DNA of 60,809 nucleotides, the filler included, from Sluysia triapertura (taxonomy: Eukaryota), in assembly GCA_046118255.1 (NCBI GenBank). It is 5 parts of 5 records of this genome, joined end to end, with 100 filler letters (N's around TTAATTAATTAA, not from the genome) between each part and the next. Parts side by side here need not be neighbours in the genome. Positions count along the whole stretch, not along the records: positions 1 to 12,866 come from JBJNIA010066401.1; 4 more parts are not named here. The stretch is one strand, 5' to 3'. The first letter of the stretch is position 1; each line of letters starts with the position of its first letter. The translations under genes and the position numbers were made by a program. The notes beneath the pieces are model-generated. The model saw nothing but the letters and a program-made list of their open reading frames with translations. It was not told where the DNA came from and did no database searches. Below are positions 1-12,966 of the stretch, in pieces.

Positions 1-189
1 TCTTAGCTTACAGCAAAATAAATTTTAGAAGGATTCGGTTATAGAATACGACTTACAACGTGAAATTGGTGTAACCATTCTGCTGTTTTATTATATGATA
101 GATTTTAAATTACTTTAAAATCCTATGATTTTTCTTATTAATTTCAATGATAAACTTTCTATAGATTTGTGAAAAAAAATGAAATACTT

Positions 190-1200
190 ATTACTAAGTG
201 AGTCCACCTTCAATCCTAGACTTACGAGTTATTGCTAGTCCGTAAAATTTTTAGAAAAACAATTTATAACTAATGGTGGTCTATCTAATATACTATCTTA
301 ACTCTTAAATCAGCAGGTAATTACTTATTGTTTGATGCATAGAAGCTTTTCCTAAATAATCTTAACAATCAATGTTTAAATCTTTAGCTTATTGTAAACT
401 GAGTTTAGTCTGATTCCTTATTAAATAGAACCAAAAATTCTAAATCAAATGAATTTTTGTTTAGGTTTTTAGAAAAGAGAACCTATTTATATTTAATATT
501 TTACTTTGGTTTTTTAATTAAATAGACCCAGAATCTTTAGAATTTTAATGATTTAAAGTACAATTTTTTATATTTACTTTACTTAGGTCCTGCGCTAAAT
601 AGAACCGATAATGTCTTATTAAAGTTTTACTCTGATTCCATATTAAATGGAATCAATAAAATGAATAATTTAAGAGTTTCTTTAATTAAACAGAAACGTG
701 AAAACCTTTTTTAAAACCTTTTAATAAAGTTTAGTTTCTCAAAACGTTAAAAAACAATTAATTAAATGAAGCTTTATTAATAAATTCTAAATCGGTTATT
801 ACAAAAAAATAAAAATAATATGAAATATAAATATACAATATGAAACTTTATCATATTTTCTTTGAACTAGAAAATCTTTTGTAATTTAAAATTTAAAAAT
901 AAAATTTTATTCCTGATATCAATTTAAACGATAGCGAATCTATTACAAAATAAGTTTAAGTCGATTTAATAGAAAATCCTTTAAATTTTTGCTTAGAAAC
1001 TTATAAAAAAGGAAACTAACGATACAATAAATATTTTTGCTAGAAGTTCCAATAAAAGATTGTCTGAAAATGTGCACTGAAATTTGTCTTCTTGTATTAA
1101 AGCAGAATAACGAAATACTGACAGCAAATCAGTAATTTTTTCTATTGTGTTTTTGTAATTAAAGTAGTGCATATTTTATGTGACCTTGAGCCATTTTTAG
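190..1200. repeat. Unclassified interspersed repeat family A, copy 1
   Basis: Colinear similarity to 33420-34110, e.g. taagtgagtccacc...cttacga; atagc...gaaatcc; gaaactta...aaactaacga. Confidence 0.55.
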
Positions 1201-3206
1201 ATAAAGTTGTTATTTATTTTAAACAAAATTATTTTTTTAATAATTTGCAAAAATTAATTCATAAAGTATTATAAAATAAATTTACACACATTTTTCAATA
1301 TTTATAGATATTTACACATTTGGTAAACAATATTTATTTAACAGATGATATTTGATAAAATCAATGGATTTGGTAACACTTAATCGGATCACACTATACT
1401 ATTTACCATGAAATATGAGAATAATTTTTAGTAAGTAATTTATTACTTTTACTAATAATTTAAGTTATTATTATTGATGTTATTATTATTATATTTCTCA
1501 AACGGCCTATAATGTCAACCATGCATCTTTATATTTCTAAATTTTCGAAAATTATTTATTATAATTATACCTGCTATTTTATAATCATAACAATACTATA
1601 AACTGTAATGTAAATTATAATAAAATATGCACTAATAAACTATTTATTTATTTTTATTCAAGCAATATTTCTTTAGAAATATTCTCTTAAATTTAAAGTC
1701 AATTAAAAATTCTTTCAAATATTTAAAAGCTTACCTTTTAGTTTGTTATTTTCTAGTGACATTTTCATGTTAATAAACAAAATTATATTTTTGAATAATA
1801 CATTTATGCACATAGACATAAAGATTCACAAACAAAATTCATTTTCTCAAATCATTCTTCCTTGTTTCAACTTGTAACCTTCAAATATCTCTTATGCTTA
1901 AGTTAAACTCCAAAAAAAATCATTTGTCATATTTTAGTTAAAAATAAAACTAATTCATTGTCAAAGTTTTGCAGTTTATAATATCTAAACTACTTGAATT
2001 TTAATTTTGCACTAAATAGAGTACATAGATTGATCCTTTTTTTGCTAATAATGCATTTATTTTTCATCTCTAGTCTAAAATACAATTCTACAAAAACAGC
2101 TAGTGTAGTAATTATCAACATGCCATTTGTCCGTAGTACATAATTTTGATGAAGATGTGTATGCTCTGATTGTAATAATAAAAACATTTAAACATTTATG
2201 TTTTATATAAAATATTCATGTGTTTACTATTTGTTCACTATTTATTTACTATTTACTATTTTATCATTTTTGTTTATTGCAATATGTCAGTTCTAAAAAT
2301 TGGATTTTAGTAAAAGTATTATATATATCTTATAATATCTTATTATATTATAAACATCTTCTGCTTTACCCTTACATTCGTTGTTACCTTTGTTTTACTT
2401 CTTTGAATCAGTTTTATTTTAATTATATAGCTTTAATTTTTGATTTAATAAATGTATCTCACAAAAGCATTAATTATATTATTAAATATTTTAATTGCAA
2501 TAGTCAATTGAAATTTTTTGATTTAACAAATAATAATAAAATTTAATTCTATTGTATTTTAATTTTTAATGAGAAATTTATTTCATACCATCTGCATTAA
2601 GTTTTGACTAAGAAATTAAAAAATTTGTAAAAAAAATATTTAGAGAAAATTTAGTTAAAAAAGTGTACAAAAAATATTAAATTTATAAACAATAAATATT
2701 TTATCAAAGAATTAATTTTTTGTAAACCTCTATAAACAAACTATATTTGACAAAAAAATAAACAAAATTGTTTATTTTTAAAAATTACAATGATGAAATA
2801 ATAAAAAAATATAAATTATTCAAATAAAACAAATGAATACAGTGAAAAGAAGATGATTTGTTATTTATATGAAATTGTTAGATTTATTTTAACTCAGATT
2901 TAGATTTGATACTAGTTCCTTGACAATGTCGACGAATTTTGAAAACGTTTTCAGTCATTTTATTATTACTTGCTCAGCTTATAAAATTTCACATATATTC
3001 ATTAATTATTTAATTATATGATAAAATTATTATTGTTATTTTGCAAAAAAATAATGTTATTACTTAAAATCATAAAATAATGATCAAATGTATCAGTGTT
3101 GATTTAATTTGTCATTTTCAAATAAAGATGGAATTCTGTCTCACTATAATAATTTAATAATACTTTCTAGCTTACAGTATTGTTTTAATTATATTTAATA
3201 TTATTT

Positions 3207-3342
3207 NNNNNNNNNNNNNNNNNNNNNNNNNNNNNNNNNNNNNNNNNNNNNNNNNNNNNNNNNNNNNNNNNNNNNNNNNNNNNNNNNNNNNNNNNNNNNN
3301 NNNNNNNNNNNNNNNNNNNNNNNNNNNNNNNNNNNNNNNNNN
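3207..3342. other. Scaffold gap
   Basis: Run of N without the linker core. Confidence 0.95.
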
Positions 3343-3367
3343 CTTAATGAACATTAACAAATCAAAT

Positions 3368-3800
3368 ATTAGGCTGGTGTATAAGTACATACTGATCAAG
3401 AATAAAAACTAAGCACAAAAATTCCAGATAATAAAATGAATTTTTCAAATCATTAGAAAAAACAAATATCTCAGTCTCTCAATCGGTGGGATATTCTCCA
3501 CCACAATCGATCTCACTTCCTTCCACCATTCTAACAGTTTGTCAATCCCACGCTTGGTAATTTTTGAAAAACCAATTTTATGCTGTTCTTTCAATGACTG
3601 CCTTTCTCCATAAACACTACAAATCATTCTGGTGACTTCTGCAGCGTTTAAATGTTGATTAAAATAGAAAATAAAAATGTTCATTTTTATCAACCTGACA
3701 CCATTTTAATGAGGGTAATGGAAGTAAAAGTTAGATAACTCAAGTCAGTATGTTTTCTTTGCAACAAATAAAACCGCACGAGTTTATGCACCAACTCAAT
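3368..3800 (-). mobile_element. Internally deleted mariner element (Hsmar1/cecropia-like TIRs)
   Basis: The left end attaggctggtgtataagt and the reverse complement of the right end attgagttggtgcataaactcgtgcggtttt resemble the mariner TIR ttaggttggtgcaaaagtaattgcggtttt. ORF 3445-3693 fuses a mariner N-terminal HTH (FYFNQHLNAAEVTRMICSVYG) to the C-terminus (RGIDKLLEWWKEV), with the DDD core deleted. Confidence 0.85.
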
Positions 3801-4607
3801 TTTAAAAATTGGAAATTAATAAAATTCTTTAAAGGAAAATGAAACTTATCATAATTAATTAGCAGGAAAGAAAAACCATGGATTAAATTGAAGTAGAAAA
3901 AACTTGTAATTTTAATGCTATATGAATAAATACACATACACAAATAAACACAAGCTGACGTAAGGGTTGTGTGATGAAATTATATTATAGAATGAAATTG
4001 ACTGTGTCTAATCACATAAATATTATCGATTGAAATTGTAGAAATGATGTATAATGAAATTTAGAAAATAAACTCAATATTATCACAAAACAATATTTTA
4101 AAGCAACTGAATGGGCATAAATACTTGTAATATTATTGATTGATACAAATCAAAAGAATATTTTTAATATAAATCCAAACTTATTCCAAATTACAGTGTT
4201 CAATAAATCAATAATTCATTCATTGCTAACAAAGTTGATTCGATTTCAAAGAAAAACGATATTTCAGATTCAATGTCTAATGCAAACTAAGAACAATACT
4301 TAAATGAAGTTATTTAAATTCAACTAATGGTCATTTATAACTAATTTTGTTTTCAGTTGTTTTTATGTATTTATTTTTTGAGTTTTCGAATTTAAATATT
4401 TAGAATTAAAGAAGAATAAATTTAAATTTTCTTTAAATAAATTTAATAAAAACAATATTAAAGTAATCAAACCAGAAGTTTTTATTACAATAAAATAAGG
4501 ATAAAATCACAATAATGTTGATGTTAATAATAATGATAATAATAATGTTTAGTGCTTGTTTTTTTAATAAAATGAAACTTTAATCTAGTTTTTCTCACGT
4601 TTCATAT

Positions 4608-4670
<63 letters not shown>

Positions 4671-4955
4671 GTTATTATTGTTATTAATTTCGTGTGAGAT
4701 TATTATCTCGTAATATATGAATATTTATTCATGAGATACTGCTAATTTACATTATTAATGCTTTGAAATATATAATTTTTAAAATATGTCTGAAACCGTT
4801 AACAAAAACTATTGATTGCAGTGGTAGAATTAAATCACAATTTTTTGTTTGTTTGAATAAAAGAAATAATAAATTTTCCGTTGAACTTCGGGTGGGATAT
4901 AAGACCGTAAGGAAAAGTTATAGAAAAATTAGAACAATAACCATTGGTTAAAAAA

Positions 4956-5658
4956 CACTGTCGGATCCAGAGTTCTTGAGCGCTCCGGGTAAAACAAAAT
5001 TTGGCGCCATTTAATACAAGAATATACAAATTTACTGCCAATTAACAAGATTGTAAAAAAAGGCAGAAAATCAAAGAACTGTGTAAAAGTTTATTTAGAA
5101 AATAATACAATAGTTATTTACTTATAAGTGATACATCATATGGAATAACATAACGAGTGCATTTGAGCCACGAAGAAGCGAGCACTTTGAAAAGTTATTC
5201 TATTCCTGTTATATGCGTGGGGCATACAAGATTTTTTGTAATGCTATTTGTCAAAACTTCAATAACATAGTTAATTAAATTATTTTTTTTGAAAATCAGT
5301 TTGTAAACAATTTATAATATTAAAATAATTAGTGTTGTGACCTTTATTTGGTATTATTAAAGAAAAAAAATTATTGCTTGATGTCTGAAAAATGATCGAT
5401 TTTATTTTTATATCGGCGCCGGGCTTGCCCGCCCTTTTGTCTTTGAGTATTCATCATTTTTTAAGTACTGCTAGTTTCACATTTTTTCTTCAAGAAATAA
5501 GTTTATTATTATTAATTTTGTTTAACGTGAAGTATTCTTTGATAAAAGTAAGCAGACTTCCCGGATTTTATTCATTCTCTCGATATATTTTTTTTAGAAT
5601 ATTGCAATTAATAATAATAAAATCCACTTTTAAAATCTCGCCCCATTTTTCGACGCTG
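4956..5658. mobile_element. Probable non-autonomous hAT-like element
   Basis: Imperfect TIR cactgtcgga / ttcgacgctg, GC-rich subterminal ggcgcc/gcgccggg motifs, and near-matching 8-bp flanks ttaaaaaa/taaaaaaa. Confidence 0.4.
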
Positions 5659-6095
5659 TAAAAAAATAATATTTTCCACTTTTAATTTAACGCTACTCCA
5701 ATAATGACTCAGAGTTGCAGAGTGAACTACAAAAATAACTGGAGTGCAAATAGTTTTGTTTTCACATGACAAGAAAGTAATGCGTAAAAGTAATGAAAAG
5801 TTTTCAAAAATTTTGGATAAATCAATATTTTGTTTGTCTTCATTACTCTCTATTGTGATGATTTAACTAAATTAACCAAGGTTGTTGGTGTAATAAAGTG
5901 ACAGATTCGTTATTCTAAGTGACAGCACTATTAAATAAACATGAATTTTTGAAGATGTTTCAAAGAAAGTAGCATCGTGAAGAAATTATTTGAAACTCGG
6001 AATTTCTCTTATCATAAACAACATTACAGTGATAATGTGCCAAAAGGTGCTTTAATAATGGTAATTATCATTCTATTGAATATTATTATATATTA

Positions 6096-6528
6096 CAGGG
6101 TGTCTCAGAAGTAATCGAACCACAAAGTTTAATAAAAATTAGATATCAAACACGACAAATTTAATAGGTATATTTAGTATTTACAAATGTTCAAAATGTC
6201 CATCTTAAACGACATCTTTTGACAACACTGTGACATACTTGCTGGCAATTTGGTTACATTGGTGCTGAATCCTTTGTTTTAGTTGATCAATTGTCCTAGG
6301 CTAATTAGCATAAACTCTGCCTTCTTTATTAAGTCATTCTCTTCATTTTTAAGAATGAGGGTCCAAAAGAACACACTAAACAAAAATGAGAACAAAATCA
6401 ATAAAATCAAGCAAAAGGAAGGAGTAGCAGTGAAGATGACATAAAATGACATAAAAGAAGACATTACATTTGTTTTCGATATCTATTTTTATTTAAGTTC
6501 GCAGTTTGGTTACTTTTGTGACACCTTG
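6096..6528 (-). mobile_element. Deleted Tc1/mariner-superfamily element (rosa/DD41D- or maT-like)
   Basis: TIRs cagggtgtctcagaagtaatcgaac / rc caaggtgtcacaaaagtaaccaaac. Minus-strand remnants RVYAN*PRTIDQLK, KVCHSVVKRCR and GHFEHL* are typical of this transposase C-terminus. Confidence 0.8.
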
Positions 6529-6593
6529 TCCTATTATGTATTATGGTGTAAAAGTACAATTTTAAACACCTATTTAATTTATATTTTAATTAA

Positions 6594-6650
<57 letters not shown>

Positions 6651-7233
6651 CAATTATAGAATTATTTGTCATACCAACAATAATTATATATAATTAATCT
6701 TATAACATAATCACGTTTTATTGTAATAAATTAACCACACACATACAAAGTAAGAATAAGAAATAAATGGTTTATTGTTATAAAAATAGCTAAATATTGT
6801 GTTATATATTCTAACCATTAAAGGTTTTTAAAATAAGTTATTTTATATTATTATTATTATTATTATTAATATTTATTTAAATTTGTAAAGCGTCCTATTA
6901 AGCTCACAGAAAGCTCAATCAAACAATCTGTTTACAAATTTAGAATCAATATGTAAGGGTGCTAAGTCTTTTCACTTGTTATAAACTTTCACAATTTAGT
7001 ACATTAATTTTACAATAAAAGTGAATGAAATTTTGAAAATCATAATAATTGATTTTGTTTAAACGTGAATGTTTAATCTATTCTTCATTTTCTGGTTCTA
7101 TGTTTGTAATCAAGCATAATGCTATAAGTATTTTTAGTTGCACTACGAATACAGGGTAGGTAAATTGGAAATTTCTCAGGAAAGGATTAACTGTGATTCC
7201 ATTTAAATCTTATCGATGTTACTTATTTTCTAG

Positions 7234-7941
7234 GTACAAAGTCGCAGTGCTAATATAAATGATGCAATAAAAAGAATCGAAAAAGAACTACTTGGACTTC
7301 AGGGTTTGTATCAGACTTACGAAAAAGATCCGAAAATGGGTGACAAGAAATCCTTAGAAGTGGATATTGATGTTACTAGTAGGCAGTTGAATTCTCTTAG
7401 AGAAATGCAAAAAGAAGTTAACGCAAGACGAGATACAATGTCTGCAGAAAAACTTAATACTGATGTTAATGACTATGGATATTTAAGTAAGATTGATTGT
7501 GATTGGCTGTAATTAAAATTCGATTTTTATTTGATAATTTTCTATGCAGTTGTGAAATAAAATATCAAAATTTAATCTTAAGAAAATATAACTTATGTCT
7601 TCAATTTGTAACTATTCCAAAAGTCCCATAATTAGTTTACTAGACTATAAATCAATGTGTGTGCATATAAACCTTCAACCTTTTAATAAGTGACTTAACA
7701 AATAAAAGTAGTATTTTCTTAGTTAAAATAATAAAAATATTTAGAATATTATTGTTATGTAATACAGATACTGCAATTAGTGGTGGTGGTGGTGGTGAAG
7801 TTAAAGCTGGAGATGGTGATTATTATTCAGAAGAGGGTGATGATGAATTCGATGATGATGATCCTGCTTCCCCGGATAATACAAATGGATCACTTGTAGA
7901 TTCATCAAATTTCAAAAAAGCTAGTGTTTTATATATATTCG
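7234..7941 (+). CDS. FNBP1/CIP4/Toca-1 family protein, partial (exons 7234-7486 and 7768-7941: HR1 domain, acidic linker, first SH3 strand)
   Basis: ELLGLQGLYQTYEKDPKMGDKKSL matches the CIP4/FNBP1 HR1 motif YEKNPQMGDP. DDEFDDDDP...KASVLYIF matches DDEFDDEEP...CKALYTF. GT-AG junctions are phase-compatible (phase 1). Confidence 0.8.
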
Positions 7942-8040
7942 GTTAGTATTAGTATTAGTATTTACAAATTTCTTAATTTTCTAAATAAGGTATATAAAAA
8001 GGGTACCTATCACATTTTAAAATCTTCTAAACAACCACAT

Positions 8041-8224
8041 TTAACTCTTTCGCTGCTCTATATCATACATTTGTAAAAATAATGTCTCATACGCTTCAAG
8101 AAAGTATTTTCGCATCATGTTTTAAAATGGTTTCCTGATCAACACAAATAAACTCGCAACCACTGAAATATATGCGCAAAGAAGTCGCAAAATGTGAAAA
8201 CGTGTTGCGCAGGGAAATGGTTAA
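8041..8224. mobile_element. piggyBac-like MITE
   Basis: TTAA at both ends; imperfect TIR ctctttcgctgc / rc ccatttccctgc. Confidence 0.55.
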
Positions 8225-8369
8225 ATAAACATTCATATATATTTACTTTATTAATATTGTTATTTCATTTTACCAAAACACGCCTATCGACGTTACCATA
8301 TAATTTGTAATTTTTTGCTAAGGTAATGTGGCATTTTCAGATCTATGTTCATTAATTTGTGATTTTATA

Positions 8370-8449
8370 TTAACACATTATGAGAGGGGCGGGTATTATT
8401 ACCCGTTTTATGTACTGTCACTTAAGAATACCCGCTCATAATGTGTTAA
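8370..8449. mobile_element. 80-bp palindromic piggyBac-like MITE
   Basis: TTAA-cacattatgag...cgggtatt / aatacccg-ctcataatgtg-TTAA. Confidence 0.7.
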
Positions 8450-10069
8450 CATATTTTCCACAAGTGAAGCCAATTTAATTAGATTAACAAATGTGTTCGA
8501 GAAAATTCAAAATTATGCATTAATATTTGAAGAAAAATGTCAATTTATTCTTATTGAAGTTAAACATTTTTCGATCATATTATATTAATAAAAGTGGTAT
8601 CAAAACTGACAAAAGTAAAATTATGACTAGTGAAAATTTTAATCAACCACCCTGTACGAAACATCTAACAATTTTTCTTGGGCTAATATACTTTCTTATC
8701 GTAAATTTATTAGACTATGCGAAATACTTCAAAATATTAAAAATCTCTTTCTTAAAAATAAGAAAATCAAAATGCATTCGAAAGTCTGAAAAATAGCTTC
8801 AATACTAGCTTAGCCAAATTTTAGTAAATCATATATTTCACACACTGCTGTAAATTTAGATGCTATTTCATTTAGATGATCAAAATAATGAGTGTATGAT
8901 AGCATACCATTGTCGCAAAATGAATAAATACGTGTTGAGATATTGTATCAAAGAATTTATATCTATTTTTTATTTTATTTAAGTACTGGTCATAAAAAAT
9001 AACCTTTACAATGAACATAAAAAGAAATTAATTAGACCTCAATTCCATACATGAATAAATTATGAATAAATATGAAAATTGATATATGAAAATGTTCTGA
9101 TCACAATAATGAAGACAAACAAAATATGAAATATGCATACTATGATTCACAAAAAAGAAAAGTTATAACAAAAATTGATATTGGATAGTAAAACAAATCC
9201 AAAATAAAAATGGAACTTTAAAATAAAAGCATAATAATAATAAATTAGAAGATAAAATGGGAAAAATATTTATTTCAAATGAAAAGAAGAATATTTTCAT
9301 TACATATATGTTCAGGAGATGTTATGTCCTGTAGATTCTAAAAAAGACGATTTTACAATTGTAGACTTGATAAATGCAATAAAATGTCAGAAAAGCAAAA
9401 TAAATAATAATTCTTTCTACAGATAATGTACCTCAACATTGATCATTACTACCTTTATCAAAACATCAAGACTAGAAAAATGAAATTTTAAATGTGGAGT
9501 ACTTATGTGGAAATACACGTAGACAAAGGTAAAGTATTTGAGGCAATGCTAGAATTTCAATAAATTCTAAATAAATTTATATTTAAATGCATGTTTTCAA
9601 CTCCATATCATCACAATACTAAGGGAATAATAGAACGATAGTTTAGGACAATTCAAACAACTTCACAGACACATAAAAGGTTAAATGCACTAAAATTATT
9701 CCTTGAATTGAATTTATAATAAATGGCACATTTCATCAAATACTGTTTAAAGGGTAATCCGAAAGCAAAAATTATGAAATAAAAATATATGAGAAATAAC
9801 AAACACAAAAATTTTACTAACAATCAGATCTTTTATTATAGATGGATAGGTGGTAAAATATTAATAAAAAAGGAAAACCAAAATAAAAAGGAAAGTTATT
9901 ATTCACATATAGCAAAAATTATATCAAATTTCATGATCGTATTTTTAAAATTAAGCTCGCTGGTGGAAAAATATTAGTCATTAATAAAGCCATTTTATTG
10001 GAGGAGCTTACAAATGATTAATGATTAATACATCTAATCTATGAAGAATGAATGTTTGGATCAATCTAA

Positions 10070-10420
10070 TTTCTGATTTGCTGGGGTTTTTTCTTAATAC
10101 AAGAACCTAACTTCCAGCAAAATAATTTATTATTATGAGTCCGTTTACAGTATACGACTTACTGATGGCGTACCTGTAAAATCACGTGAAAACAATTATT
10201 AAGATTAATCGTATAAAAATACTCTGCCTTAACTTAACAATAGTTGGCAAAATCGCTTGATATTAAATGACTTTACAAATGATTACGACCAACATTGGCT
10301 TATATAATATTTGAGTTAATGTAAAAATCAAGTGAATAATATTCGTATAAAAACGTATCGTTCTTTACATATCCTTAACTCTTAGTTAGATCTTAATATA
10401 ATGATCGTAATATGAAGAAT
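10070..10420. repeat. Unclassified repeat family B, copy
   Basis: Colinear with 23440-23790, with an identical 29-bp core tatgagtccgtttacagtatacgacttac. A more diverged copy lies at 1-75. Confidence 0.75.
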
Positions 10421-11629
10421 ATAAGCTCGACTTATATTACAATATTCCCGTAAAAAGAATTATAATAAAATAAGACTTAAAAGGACCAACCGTGAAAATG
10501 AGTATTTTGCGTTTAGATTTTAACTCAATATGAATTTACAAACTATGTAAAACAAACTTACGAATTAATCAATAATATTGTTAATCGGCCTCTAGCAATA
10601 TTGTTCAATTTTTAACTTTATAGATTCGAGCTGCTAATATTTGGAGCGTGCTATCCATCTAATCTAATATGCGGAATTTATAGGATAACTTGGAAGATGA
10701 AAATGCGTAATCTGATTAATGAATTTGATGGTGACAAGCCGGATAATGTCGATGATTTGTTTATAGAAATTTTGTTTTCCTTGCGATACCAAAATGGCGT
10801 ATTCTAATTTCTTTGTGTGATTAATTATGGCTTCTTTATTTTTATGTCTTTATATGTACATAAAGACATCTTTTAAAATTTAATTTAGTCAAACAAATTT
10901 CTTTCTAGAAATTTCTTTTGAGTTATTTTTTAGAGTAATTTAATAATAATTTTAATATAATTAGAATAATAATTTTTTTAAATAATACTAATTTAAGTAA
11001 TTTTTTACAATTTTTTGTAAATACATGAAACATAAAAAATAAAACTAAAATTTTTTTACACCTTTACAGATTGAATGAAATATTACTTAAGCTAAAAATA
11101 AAAATTGCTCTAGAAAACGCTTGAATTCATTATAAATTCATCTAAATAAATTAGATTTATAAAGTTACTGTTTTAAAGTATGAAATAATTTTTTACGCAT
11201 GAAAAGAAATCAATCGTCAAATAAGAATACAGTTATAATTTAAAAATTATTATTATAATAATATCAAATAATAGTAAATTTGACAAAAAATACAAATGAT
11301 ATACTATATTTGATAGATTTTAATTATTTAATATAATGATAATTAGCATAAAGTATTTGATAAAATAAATTGAACAAATAATGATTCATAATTCATCATT
11401 AGGCATTAAATCAATATTTGAAAATAGTTTGATTTCTTTTTAAAAATTGTCTTCATTGATTACTTTTGCTTATCACACTGAATAAAGTTTAGAATATGTT
11501 ACTTTCATTTTTTTTATTTGAAATAAGGCTTTTAAAATCTAAGACACAAAAGACTAATGTAAAAAAGTTGGCTTTGTCACTGAACAATTCTTATGTTTAA
11601 GCACAACTATTTAATCTAAAAATTATAAA

Positions 11630-11913
11630 CTAACTTCCTGAACTGTCACGGTCGTACCTATCTCGACGCAATTTCGCCGGTAATCCCACTATTTCACCAT
11701 CTATCATTTTTCGTTTTCTTTTACGTCCATATGAAGATGTGTTAAATGGCATGGATGTTCTATATCCATTATTATGACGAGATTCATGATTATGATGGTC
11801 TTGTTGATGATGCAGTGCCTCTTTCTTTTTTGTAATTGAATTATTATTATTGTTATTATTAATATTACTACTACTACTATTATTATTATTATTGTTATTG
11901 GTTGTTACTGTTC
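11630..11913 (-). CDS. Probable terminal exon of an unknown nuclear protein (Asn/Ser/His-rich, basic NLS-like tract)
   Basis: A tttag acceptor is followed by an open frame TVTTNNNN...HHQQDHHNHESRH...GRKRKRKMIDGEIVGLPAKLRRDRYDRDSSGS*. There is no ATG near the start, so the ORF track missed it. Confidence 0.6.
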
Positions 11914-12793
11914 CTAAAAATAAAAAGATACAATGTATAAATACTTTACTTTTAACTTTTAATATAAATTTGTATTAAAATAAGATTATATCACAACTTC
12001 ATCACATAATATAGTCTCAACAATCAACGATAATAATGATGATAATAATAACATTCTAGAAGGAACTCCTTGTGCACATGTGCCTTCTGACAACATTTCT
12101 GGTTAAGTTTTTATCATTCCATTTAAAACTCACTTAAACAAGCACAAGTCATTTGATATGAGTTACATGGAGTAAAACTAAAGCTTAAGAATAAAAGAAT
12201 TTAAAATAAACTAATTTAATTAAATCATTCTTAAACAGGCCTAAATTAATGTTTTCTCAAGTAAATTTAACTGCATGTTCATATACTTTGTTTGACATTT
12301 ATTTATTAATACAATTTGATCATATAACATTTAAATTTCGAAACATTTATTTTTATAAAGCAGATGATCTTCAAGAGACTTATTTTATACATGAAATATT
12401 TACATTATATTAAGGAAAATCTAAATACACAACATTTCTAAAATTTAAAAACAAATTTATCAATAAAATAATGAATTATTTTAAATGAATTATTACAATT
12501 ATCAGCTTTAATATCTCAATTGATTGAGAGACAATGTAAATAAAGTAAATTAACATTTTATTCATACTCTGATTACATTATTTGTTTAATCATTTAAATA
12601 CAGAACCGACTCTTTTTCTAACATTCAAAATTATTTAATTATTTAATTATTTTAATTTTTTAGAACAGATACTACAAGATACTTGATATTTAAGATATAC
12701 TAGTGTTATAAATTAATATAAGTTTTGCTGCCAATTAAAGTCACATATATTTTTTATATTTGAAGTATAATTTTTACAATCTTAAACTAACGA

Positions 12794-12796
<3 letters not shown>

Positions 12797-12866
<70 letters not shown>
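12797..12866. repeat. (AAT)n microsatellite at contig end
   Basis: Pure AAT run. Similar runs occur at about 4610-4685, 6594-6648, 27895-27985, 35662-35736, 36655-36712 and 52441-52535. Confidence 0.95.
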
Positions 12867-12966
12867 NNNNNNNNNNNNNNNNNNNNNNNNNNNNNNNNNN
12901 NNNNNNNNNNTTAATTAATTAANNNNNNNNNNNNNNNNNNNNNNNNNNNNNNNNNNNNNNNNNNNN
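12867..12966. other. Artificial contig linker (44N-TTAATTAATTAA-44N)
   Basis: 100-bp spacer with a stop-in-all-six-frames core; identical at four positions. Confidence 0.97.

Noticed and set aside
12911-12922. TTAATTAATTAA palindrome repeated four times at about 11-12 kb spacing
   Set aside because: It always sits inside 44N flanks, so it is an assembly linker and not biology. Adjacency across it is meaningless.
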